Assembly: GCF_000015145.1 (NCBI RefSeq)
Contig: NC_008818.1
Span: forward strand, 1 to 32,000
Direction: 5' to 3'
DNA from: Hyperthermus butylicus DSM 5456
GTDB lineage: Archaea > Thermoproteota > Thermoprotei_A > Sulfolobales > Pyrodictiaceae
Length of the DNA: 32,000 bases
Shown: one piece after another, positions 1 through 7,281 of the stretch
Position numbering within the stretch: position 1 is the first letter of the stretch
Layout of the letters: every line of letters begins with the position of its first letter
Notes under the pieces: generated by a model
Databases searched by the model: none
Told to the model about the DNA's origin: nothing
The model's input: the letters and a program-made list of their open reading frames with translations, nothing else
Translations under genes and position numbers: made by a program

Positions 1-1
1 C

Positions 2-667
2 TGCTGCAGCACGTGGAGGGTTGGCCGCGGGGGCCGCCTATACTCTTGGGATTTGGCTGCAGGCTGGGGGACAGCCTACACTACCGCGTCGAACTCGGCC
101 TTCATAACTGGGCTTAACGTTGTATTCGTCCACCTATTCCAGGCACTTGTAATGCGGCTGTACAGCGTTGAACTCGCATTCTCCCTAGTACTTGCAGTAG
201 GAGGGCTCTACATGTTGACCGGGCCCACTGGCGGCTTCAGCTTTGGTGAGTTCTTGGTACTACTGAGCGCTTTTGCATGGGCTGCACAAGTTCTTATCGT
301 TTCAAGGTTTAGCGGCAGCGACCCATTCGCATTCACCTTCTTTGAAGCATTAACAGCTACGGTCATGATTATACCCGATATGCTGGTCTACGGCAACTCT
401 CTCGATGTGCCTGCACAAGCACTACCCTACCTGGCGTATCTAGGGCTAGCGTGCACTGATGCAGCGTTTGTGCTACAAGTGTATGGGCAGCGCGGCGTCT
501 CGCCAGCTACAGCTGCAATAATATACCTTCTCGAGCCGGTTATCGCTGCAGCCATAGCTGCAGCCATGCTCGGCGAACATATGTCCACCCTACAAGCGAT
601 AGGCGCTGCCGCTATACTAGCCTCTCTAGCTGTTGCAGCGAGAGCCGAGGCCAGGAGGGAGGGATGA
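2..667 (+). CDS. EamA/DMT-family membrane transporter, 5'-truncated by the window edge
   Basis: The reading frame is open from base 2, so the listed TTG at 53 is probably internal. The roughly 200 aa are almost entirely hydrophobic helices with Gly/Ala-rich faces and a short basic C-terminal tail, typical of 10-TM drug/metabolite (EamA) permeases. Confidence 0.6.
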   Translation, partial: CCSTWRVGRGGRLYSWDLAAGWGTAYTTASNSAFITGLNVVFVHLFQALVMRLYSVELAFSLVLAVGGLYMLTGPTGGFSFGEFLVLLSAFAWAAQVLIVSRFSGSDPFAFTFFEALTATVMIIPDMLVYGNSLDVPAQALPYLAYLGLACTDAAFVLQVYGQRGVSPATAAIIYLLEPVIAAAIAAAMLGEHMSTLQAIGAAAILASLAVAARAEARREG

Positions 668-685
668 AAGGAGGAGAGTGGATTA

Positions 686-778
686 GGGTGTGCCCCCGGC
701 TGGAGGCTAGCCCGCCCATCCAACACCGGGCTTAGCCCGGTGTCGCGGCTGCGCCGCCGCCGGGAAGCCGGGGGCCGC
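686..778. ncRNA. Candidate structured RNA of unassigned class and uncertain strand
   Basis: A GC-rich island sits between two convergent gene ends. It has a perfect 10-bp long-range helix, GCCCCCGGCT (692-701) with AGCCGGGGGC (766-775). This encloses a perfect 9-bp hairpin, ACACCGGGC-TTA-GCCCGGTGT (723-743), and a GCGGC-TGC-GCCGC hairpin (746-758, reading the same as GCGGC-GCA-GCCGC on the minus strand). On the minus strand the outer helix is followed directly by ACA (689-691). Confidence 0.3.
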
Positions 779-906
779 GGTGTTTCCTTCTACTACTTAG
801 AGGAGCTGTATCTGTGTTTCCCCGGCATCACCCCAATACCACGAGACTACAAAACATCTTATATTATTTCTACAGTTTTTATGTTATTACTAGATCGAGT
901 TTCGGC

Positions 907-1857
907 CTAGACGACGTATCGCTTAAAGTATACGGTCAGTATGGTGATTAGTAGAATTGTCGCCGTGACATAGGCTAGTATGGCTGCTGCTAGTATCTCG
1001 CCCACGCTTGGCATGTATGCCTTACTGCCCATCAGCGTTAACACGAGTTTGGCGTCGAGACCTGAAACTATCGCATCGAATATTAGTCCTGGAAGCTTGA
1101 AGCTACCATGGATGGGTTCTGCATAGTCTAGCATAATTGCCGTTCTCATTGCAGCTATAACATCCTCCATGCCGTCGCGTGAGGCGCCTATTATTGGTAT
1201 GGCAGCTACAAAGCTGCCAACAATGTAGATTATTATCGCTATGAGTGCTGCTATGCTGCTCCTCCGCAGCTTTAGGCCGAGGAGTGCTGCTACGAGGGCA
1301 AGGGGAAGTGTAGAGATTGAAATGAGTAGACCGCTGACAGGTATAAGCCAGGGGTAGTCCTGTATCGTGAATAGTATGCTAAAGCTGGCGTATAGCATGC
1401 CAGCCGAGAGAGTATACATAAGCGCCATTGCCACGATGTAGGCTATGAGTTTTGTAGCTATGATTTCAACCCGCGATACCGGCCTTACAAGGATTAGACT
1501 TATCCTCCCGGATTCTATGTCGGAGGCAAAGAGGTATGCACCGTACATTGCTGCTATTATCCAAGCAAAGCTGGCAACCGTTGAGAACTGTACAGGAGTA
1601 ATGGCCATTACCGCGCCAACATAACTGCTGATATCCGTTACCGTACGCGCACCAAGAGTGCTAAGCCACACAGCCCGGAAAATAGAAGCGTTAAGCCCTA
1701 CCCCTGCAAGAATATTCCTCACGAAACCCCTCAAAAGCACCGCTACAGCTAGCGGTACAACAGTGAGTGCCAGGAGTGCTAGAAACGAGCGCCTCCGCAG
1801 AAAGCCCTCAACCTCCACGCGTACAAGGACAAGAAACTCCCTACTCAGCAGCCTCAT
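907..1857 (-). CDS. ABC-2-type transporter permease-like integral membrane protein
   Basis: This is the ORF at 907..1893. The likely start is the internal Met (MRLLSREF...) at 1857. It has about 6 TM helices and the ABC-2 signature-like segment SDIESGRISLILVRPVSRVEIIATKL. No ATPase partner gene is adjacent. Confidence 0.65.
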   Translation of the reverse strand: MRLLSREFLVLVRVEVEGFLRRRSFLALLALTVVPLAVAVLLRGFVRNILAGVGLNASIFRAVWLSTLGARTVTDISSYVGAVMAITPVQFSTVASFAWIIAAMYGAYLFASDIESGRISLILVRPVSRVEIIATKLIAYIVAMALMYTLSAGMLYASFSILFTIQDYPWLIPVSGLLISISTLPLALVAALLGLKLRRSSIAALIAIIIYIVGSFVAAIPIIGASRDGMEDVIAAMRTAIMLDYAEPIHGSFKLPGLIFDAIVSGLDAKLVLTLMGSKAYMPSVGEILAAAILAYVTATILLITILTVYFKRYVV

Positions 1858-2376
1858 GTCCGTCCAGCACCCACCAGCCTGGAGCCCACACAAGTGTGAC
1901 GACTCGATAATAATTCGTGATAAAAACTTCTACGCAGCATTCTGCACACAACAGCATACACTAGCTCGCCGGGAACCAGTTTTGAAGCAAGATGCACGAG
2001 AGTTGCCGCCACAGCTTGGAGTCGTTAGAGGAAGCCGTGAGTTCCGTAAGCCTCAACGAAGGATGCGGGTCGGGACGCGGCCTCATACATCACCGCATAG
2101 GCTAAATGCTGCATGCTCAGCTGTCCGGCAGAGCCTCCTCAGCCCCAGCAGACCCTACCAACTATGCCAGGGGAGGAGTATATACTGCCTACCACGGACA
2201 TCACCGCACATTCCACATCACAGCCTAGAAGGAGCTGGCATCACACACAATATCAGCCGGGATTAGAGGTAACGAAACACACCGTGAACATGTAGGCTAA
2301 CAACCACATAACAACATGTTTACACATGGCCTGTATGAACGCATTGCACCACGGATAGAAGTCTAGAGGTGGGGGG

Positions 2377-2453
<77 letters not shown>

Positions 2454-2524
2454 ACCCATCCAAATTATGTTGCATGGCTAACACCGCATCATCCTATAAG
2501 GTTTACGTACATGCCATTGAGGGG

Positions 2525-2626
2525 CTCTGTTGCGGGCCTTGCCGCCATCCCCCGGGCTCTCACCCCGGGGTTGCCGGTGCCACGGTGTCAACCCGGGTTC
2601 TCTCTTCATCGCCCACCGCTTGCTAC
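2525..2626 (-). ncRNA. Candidate small structured RNA (weakly H/ACA-like, class unassigned)
   Basis: A GC-rich island lies between the divergent tRNA genes. It contains the hairpin CCCCGGG-N7-CCCGGGG (2550-2570). On the minus strand, GUGGGC (2616-2611) can pair with GCCCGC (2537-2532), followed by A-ACA (ACA at 2530-2528). An AT-rich TATATTAA box at 2650-2657 sits about 25 nt upstream on the minus strand. The internal loops are very asymmetric, so the H/ACA assignment is weak. Confidence 0.25.
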
Positions 2627-2779
2627 GTGTATACGACCAGACAGAGACCTATATTAATCCGAAACCGTGAAGGTAGACTCTCCTAACATGGCACTGGGCC
2701 GCCTCCAAAGAGCCCCACACGCGTGGGGCGATGAGCTGCAGCGGCCTCGCGGCAGAGCCACAGGCTGTGACCAGTGGGA

Positions 2780-2856
2780 GGCCGCCGTAGCTCAGCCGGG
2801 AGAGCGCGGGGCTGTGGACCCCGAGGTCCCGGGTTCAAATCCCGGCGGCGGCCCCA
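2780..2856 (+). tRNA. tRNA-His (anticodon GTG) with encoded G-1 and CCA
   Basis: The sequence G-GCCGCCGTAGCTCAGCCGGGAGAGCGCGGGGCTGTGGACCCCGAGGTCCCGGGTTCAAATCCCGGCGGCGGC-C-CCA folds as a cloverleaf with anticodon loop CTGTGGA. An extra 5' G (2780) lies opposite discriminator C73, the histidine identity feature. Confidence 0.95.
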
Positions 2857-2940
2857 CTCCATCCTCGTGAAAAACATTCCCCGTACACTTTCACACCATA
2901 GCCTAATTACCAACATATTGTTCCTCCCAAACTACACGAG

Positions 2941-3280
2941 GAGGGCGGGCCCCGGCTGGCCGCTGACGGGCCGTTCAGGCCCGAGGAAACTCCGCCCTCC
3001 CCGCGGCACCGGGGCCCCGAGAGGGGGCGCGGGTAACACCCGCGGCAACGGCACAGAAACGGCACGCCCACCCGCGGGAGGACGATGAGGCGGCGAGGGC
3101 TCCCCGGCGACGGGGAGCCAGTAACCCGCTGAGGACCCGGGTGGGTGCGTTGAAACGGCCGTCCCCCGGGGAGCAAGGCGGCGCGCCGATGAGGGCCGCG
3201 CGATTGGCGCGCCGGCGTCCGCTTAGTCGGATGCGGCCGTAGGTACAGAAGGCGGGTTATAGCCGGGGCCCGCCGCTTCT
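2941..3280 (+). ncRNA. rnpB: RNase P RNA (archaeal type A-like)
   Basis: A roughly 340-nt, very GC-rich segment. The terminal P1 helix pairs GGCGGGCCCCGGCT (2944-2957) with AGCCGGGGCCCGCC (3261-3274). A CR-I-like GAGGAAACTCCGCCC (2983-2997) can form P4 with the CR-V-like ACAGAAGGCGGGTTAT (3245-3260). An internal ACAGAAAC lies at 3053-3060. An AT-rich box (CTAATTA, about 2903-2909) sits roughly 35 nt upstream. Confidence 0.85.
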
Positions 3281-3348
3281 CGCCTCCGACGGAGCTGCAT
3301 GGGTATATTAGTCCTTGGATTCTGGTAGTGTCGCGTGGTGGCGGCGGT

Positions 3349-3732
3349 ATGGGTAGGCGGAGGCGTAAGTATAAAAAGCGGCCTTTGCTGAGAGCGCCCC
3401 GCGTCCTGCCAACGGTGTTTGAGTGTCCACACTGCGGCGCCAAGGCTATGACCGTTGAGATCAAGAAGAAGGAACGCAACGAGCAGGGCTACGTGAAGGC
3501 GATTATACGCTGTGGAAACTGCAGCCTCTACGCCGAGATGTGGGCACCAGAACTCTTCCAGCCCGTCGACGTGTACTCGAAGTTCCTTGACGCATACCTG
3601 GAGGGCAGGATAGAGTATAAGTTTATCAAGGCCGAGGGCGAGAAGACCATCAGCCTAGAGGAGCTGACATCTGAGGAGGGTGAAGTTGTTGAAACTTGGG
3701 AAGGTGGAGAGACTACTGAGGAGCAGGGTTGA
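3349..3732 (+). CDS. elf1: Elf1-like transcription elongation factor (zinc ribbon) with acidic C-terminal tail
   Basis: MGRRRRKYKKRP... is followed by CPHC-x26-CGNC and then PVDVYSKFLDAY, matching the eukaryotic Elf1 layout of basic N-terminus, 4-Cys ribbon and PVDVYS motif. A TATA-like GTATATTA at about 3303-3310 favours the ATG at 3349 over the GTG at 3328. Confidence 0.8.
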   Translation: MGRRRRKYKKRPLLRAPRVLPTVFECPHCGAKAMTVEIKKKERNEQGYVKAIIRCGNCSLYAEMWAPELFQPVDVYSKFLDAYLEGRIEYKFIKAEGEKTISLEELTSEEGEVVETWEGGETTEEQG

Positions 3733-4414
3733 ATCAGGAGAGAAGCTCTTCTTACTACTCTCCGACCCCGAAAAACCAATATCGCCCAACACTGTCAAGC
3801 TCTTCGAAGAGAATGGCGCCGACGTACTACTAATTGGTGGTAGCCTAAACGTTACCCCCTACGATATAGATGAGTACATAGCTAGGCTTAGGGTTGAGGG
3901 TGTGAAGCTCCCCATAGTTCTGTTCCCGGGCGGTCTCAACAACATCGCCAAGTCTGCCGACGCAATACTCTTCATGACTTTGATGAACAGCATGGATCCC
4001 TACTGGATTGTTGGCGCACAGGTAGCTGCAGCCCCAATCGTGTATAGGCTGGGCCTCGAGGCTATACCATCAGCATACATCATTGTAGGGCACGGTGGTG
4101 CAGCTGGACATATAGGCCGCGCACTACCAATTCCATACGAGAATGGCTATATAGCAGCAGCCTACGCCCTAGCTGCCGAGTACCTCGGAGCACGCCTAGT
4201 ATACTTTGAGGCAGGCTCAGGTGCCCCAAAACCCGTACCTGTTGACGCTGTAGCTGCTGCCAGCAAGGTTCTATCGCAAGCTTTGCTAGTAGTTGGTGGT
4301 GGTATACGGGAAGAGACCCTGGCCGCTGAGAGGCTTAAGGCGGGAGCGGACGGCGTCGTAATTGGAACACTTGCAGAAAAGGATCCCGAGAAAGCACTGA
4401 GATCCTCTCGGTAG
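3680..4414 (+). CDS. Geranylgeranylglyceryl phosphate synthase (GGGPS, PcrB family)
   Basis: A TIM-barrel PcrB/GGGPS pattern: LLSDPEK, LLIGGS, FPG, YFEAGSGA and VGGGIR. The start is uncertain (GTG 3680, TTG 3686/3689 or GTG 3704); every option lies inside the 3' end of the elf1-like gene. Confidence 0.85.
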   Translation: MKLLKLGKVERLLRSRVESGEKLFLLLSDPEKPISPNTVKLFEENGADVLLIGGSLNVTPYDIDEYIARLRVEGVKLPIVLFPGGLNNIAKSADAILFMTLMNSMDPYWIVGAQVAAAPIVYRLGLEAIPSAYIIVGHGGAAGHIGRALPIPYENGYIAAAYALAAEYLGARLVYFEAGSGAPKPVPVDAVAAASKVLSQALLVVGGGIREETLAAERLKAGADGVVIGTLAEKDPEKALRSSR

Positions 4415-4717
4415 TTAAGAAGCGCTAGACTCCTCCCCGCCTGTGCCTGTACAGCTGACACTCCCTAGCTCAGCACCATACTTCTTCTTGAATGCTTCCT
4501 CAGCGTCAACTCCCACGAGGTTTGCTATACTGAGAGCCCAAGCTATAACATCACCTATCTCCTCAGCAATGAGGTTCTTGTCACCCTTTAGCAGGGCTTC
4601 AGCCAGCTCTCCAACCTCCTCCACAAACCATGTGAACGTCGCATATAGCCCTCGAGCATTGTCACGCTCGTAGAAAGCCTTCCTCATAGCCTCTTGTGCA
4701 CATCTCAGGCTAACCAT
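4415..4717 (-). CDS. MazG-like nucleotide pyrophosphohydrolase
   Basis: An all-alpha MazG core, LYATFTWFVEEVGELAEAL...EEIGDVIAWALSIANLVGVD, carrying the EExxE/D metal motifs. The likely start is Met28 of the listed ORF (4717). Confidence 0.7.
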   Translation of the reverse strand: MVSLRCAQEAMRKAFYERDNARGLYATFTWFVEEVGELAEALLKGDKNLIAEEIGDVIAWALSIANLVGVDAEEAFKKKYGAELGSVSCTGTGGEESSAS

Positions 4718-4815
4718 AATCACGACACCTCTTGACACTGAGCACCCTGCTACGCTTACAGAGCGCCTTCTACCATCAGAGAAACTCATCAGACTCACAG
4801 GGCTGTAAGAGAAGG

Positions 4816-5010
4816 CTAGACTATGTTGAACACTATGACACTTGCTATGAAGCCTAGCGTTATGAGCATTATGTGGAGCGGCTTAAGCCTTACGACAGCA
4901 TCCTCCTCACTAAACGCCAAGAGGCCAGCAGCACTAAACACAGCCGGCGACGTATCCTTGGTCTTCTCCTTCTCGTTGTCGCTACGGCTACGCCTCCTAG
5001 CCCTAGCCAC
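4816..5010 (-). CDS. secG: Preprotein translocase subunit Sec61-beta (archaeal SecG)
   Basis: A 64-aa tail-anchored protein with a basic N-terminus, the conserved SAAGLL..F motif and a single C-terminal TM helix (IMLITLGFIASVIVFNIV). Confidence 0.8.
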   Translation of the reverse strand: MARARRRSRSDNEKEKTKDTSPAVFSAAGLLAFSEEDAVVRLKPLHIMLITLGFIASVIVFNIV

Positions 5011-5084
5011 TGCTCCCCCCAGACTAGGCTAGTTCTTAGCTAGCCCCTCCTTAAAACTGGCGGGAGACTACTAGCCCCACTCTG

Positions 5085-5535
5085 GGCCCACTCCACAGGA
5101 AAGCTAGGGGTCGTATGACGAACTGTTTCACAATAAGAACGAAATATTCAGCACTAGCATGCACCAATGGTTGACTCTGGCACCCCTCAACTTCTAGTGC
5201 AGACAATACAGCATACAAGGATGAACTGGTAACTGCATAGCAATTGCAACGCTACTCTAGTTTATACAAACAGGCAAGTTTAAATAAGGGCCTATAAAGG
5301 ATATGCGATGTAAATCCATTGTCCAATAATCTGATTCACAACTTGAATGCAAACTGCAATATGTATGTGAGTTCACAATTGTAACTCAGAGCTTCTGTCT
5401 ACAGGCAATTGGGGGGTGCCAGGGTGTTTCCATGTGCTACAGCTGGCAGTGATCTTAGAGTCATTGCTGCCGTGATGGGTTTCAGTGTCTTGTGGCCCTA
5501 TGGTGGGCTGGAGTGGAAGCTGAGGGGTTGTTTAC
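5085..5535. other. Candidate replication origin: AT-rich core flanked by three ORB-like boxes
   Basis: The boxes are CTCCACAGGAAAGCTAGGGGTC (5091-5112, +), ACCCCTCAACTTCTAGTGCAGA (5182-5203, inverted) and CTGGAGTGGAAGCTGAGGGGTT (5508-5529, +). All three share the pattern ..GAAG/GAAA-N3-4-AGGGGT. A visibly AT-rich stretch at 5204-5400 lies between the inverted pair. This is the longest gene-free gap in the window. Confidence 0.4.
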
Positions 5536-5539
5536 CCTA

Positions 5540-6829
5540 TTATAAACTAATGGTGTCGGAATGGATGGGGGTTGAGGGTGGCTCTAGGCTCTTTGATGGG
5601 TGTAGAGGTCTCTCTGGCGGCTTCATAAGGTGGTGGAATGCTGCACGTGGAGGATAGAGTATGACGTTACGTCCCGATGGTATTGTTGCTGTGCAGCCTC
5701 CAGCACGTAGCGATGCTGGCTCGAGTATTCGTAGATACTCAGCGTTGAGGGTTAGTTTGTCAGTGTGTGGCTTAACCTGACCCCCAACCTCGACTAGTGT
5801 GCCGCGGGGCAGTTTGAGGACATGGTTTCGCAGCCTCCCCGTTTCCCTGTAGAATGCAGTATCTATGCATGTGTTGTTGCATAGCCGGACTATCACGTGG
5901 CCTCCAGGTATAGGCTTTGTGTCCTCTATCACGCCACAGACTATGGCGTTGTCGTAGGGTCTTACACGTTCTATCTCCTTTCTCTGGAGGTGTGCATTGG
6001 TAGCTTGATTAGTCCTGAATATTGTCCAATGGCTAGGTTCCTCCTCCACATCGATGATCTTCAGTGCTTTTAACAATATGTGTGGCTCCTCACCCCGCAC
6101 GCCATAGAGAACAGGGTCGAAGCCGTGTGGCGCTATTAGCGGTTTGGACTGTTCATAGTCGTAGTTTAGGAATGTTAGGGGCCGAGTTTTCAAGTCGAAC
6201 TCTATAATGCTGTCCTCGTCTATTCTGCGAGGTTCGGACCACATTCTGGGCTTTCTGTAGACTATGAGTTCGAATGTGTGGTCAGTTATTAGATCGGCTC
6301 CAAGGGCGGCTAGTGCCCCTACTAGGCCCCGATGTGTAGAGCCGTGTAGGGCTATGAGCTTGGTCTTTCCATCTTCCCTAATACTCTCCAAGCAGTTCAT
6401 AGCGGTCTTCAGAGGTACGAGTTCGTGTACGGCCCTGCGGTATAGTTCCACGAGGCAGTGTGGCCTAGCAGTAATGTAGTCTTGGAGGTTATCGGCATGG
6501 TAAAGTAGTATCGCGACAAAGCTCTCCTTACCTGTAGACCCATAGGCCTTGGCGAGCCTTGAAGTTACTTCTTCAGCTACTCTGCGAGCCTCGTCCTCAC
6601 GGTCAACAGATACTAGGAGTGCGGTGGCACCATTGCCCCTGGTCTTCCATGGTACAGCCGGGTTTAAGCGGACAAGCCATGGGTAGTCAGCGAGTCTATA
6701 GCCATGAATCGACAGGGTGTATGCAAGTATTGAGGTGAAATGGGTTGTACAACCAGCTAGGGGGGTATCAAAGCTATCAATACCTATTGCGAGGAGCATC
6801 GGCTCTAGCCCATCCTCCTGAATGCTCAA
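5540..6829 (-). CDS. tiaS: tRNA(Ile2) 2-agmatinylcytidine synthetase TiaS
   Basis: The N-terminal IGIDSFDTPLAGCTTH motif is TiaS/DUF1743 kinase-like. It is followed by an OB-fold-like region, at a size typical of TiaS (about 420-430 aa). The start may be Met11 (6799). Confidence 0.8.
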   Translation of the reverse strand: MSIQEDGLEPMLLAIGIDSFDTPLAGCTTHFTSILAYTLSIHGYRLADYPWLVRLNPAVPWKTRGNGATALLVSVDREDEARRVAEEVTSRLAKAYGSTGKESFVAILLYHADNLQDYITARPHCLVELYRRAVHELVPLKTAMNCLESIREDGKTKLIALHGSTHRGLVGALAALGADLITDHTFELIVYRKPRMWSEPRRIDEDSIIEFDLKTRPLTFLNYDYEQSKPLIAPHGFDPVLYGVRGEEPHILLKALKIIDVEEEPSHWTIFRTNQATNAHLQRKEIERVRPYDNAIVCGVIEDTKPIPGGHVIVRLCNNTCIDTAFYRETGRLRNHVLKLPRGTLVEVGGQVKPHTDKLTLNAEYLRILEPASLRAGGCTATIPSGRNVILYPPRAAFHHLMKPPERPLHPSKSLEPPSTPIHSDTISL

Positions 6830-6898
6830 TCTGTGTACTGCGGAGGGCCTGGATAAAAGGGGGTGAGGCTTTGGGCGAATCTCCTTGCTGCATAGTGG

Positions 6899-7144
6899 CT
6901 ATTTCTTTTCGCTCTCGTTTACAACTATCATTGTAAGTGTTGAGCGTACATAAGGTGATGATCTTACGTGTTTGTATACTATCTCTCTAAGCTGGTCCAT
7001 ATCGTCAGTCTCTATCACCGCTACAATATCGTATAGGCCGTAGACCATGTATACAGCCTTAACCTGGGGCAACTCCTTTAGCTTCTCGAAAACCTTCTCG
7101 TCGGTTCCCATCTCGGTGTTTATAAGTAGTACAGCCTTGACCAT
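6899..7144 (-). CDS. Stand-alone Lrp/AsnC-type ligand-binding (RAM) domain protein
   Basis: About 81 aa with a beta-alpha-beta-beta-alpha-beta pattern: VKAVLLINTE...V.EKLKELPQVKAVYMVYGLYDIVAVIETDD...L...V...I. There is no HTH domain. The start is probably Met5 (7144). Confidence 0.65.
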   Translation of the reverse strand: MVKAVLLINTEMGTDEKVFEKLKELPQVKAVYMVYGLYDIVAVIETDDMDQLREIVYKHVRSSPYVRSTLTMIVVNESEKK

Positions 7145-7281
7145 GAAACTGTACACCTCGGCTATGCAGTATGGTAGGGGTGGTCCTACCAGATTTAGGT
7201 TAGATAGATTCGGGCCAAATTTATCCTCCTACGGGTAGGCGTGACTGACAGTATCGTGCGCTGGAGGGGCTGTGAAGGGTA

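Noticed and set aside
1658-2266. A 202-aa plus-strand ORF
   Set aside because: Its first third is antisense to the ABC-2 permease gene. The remainder is Arg/Ser/Pro/His-rich with no hydrophobic core pattern, so it is likely spurious.
2728-2769. Possible C/D box sRNA upstream of tRNA-His (GCGATGA ... CTGTGA)
   Set aside because: Only about 31 nt separate the putative C and D boxes, and no internal D'/C' pair is present. The D box is non-canonical (GUGA). I kept it only as a note within the leader finding.
2907-3479. A 190-aa minus-strand ORF, together with the ORFs at 2774..3088 (+) and 3223..3432 (-), covering the GC-rich block
   Set aside because: They overlap the RNase P RNA gene. Their translations are Arg/Pro/Gly-rich strings typical of open frames in GC-rich structured-RNA DNA, so they are not coding.
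5409-5657. An 82-aa plus-strand ORF inside the AT-rich gap
   Set aside because: It starts with TTG, is Gly/Trp-rich and runs antisense into the tiaS 3' end. It also contains one of the ORB-like boxes, so the region is better explained as non-coding.
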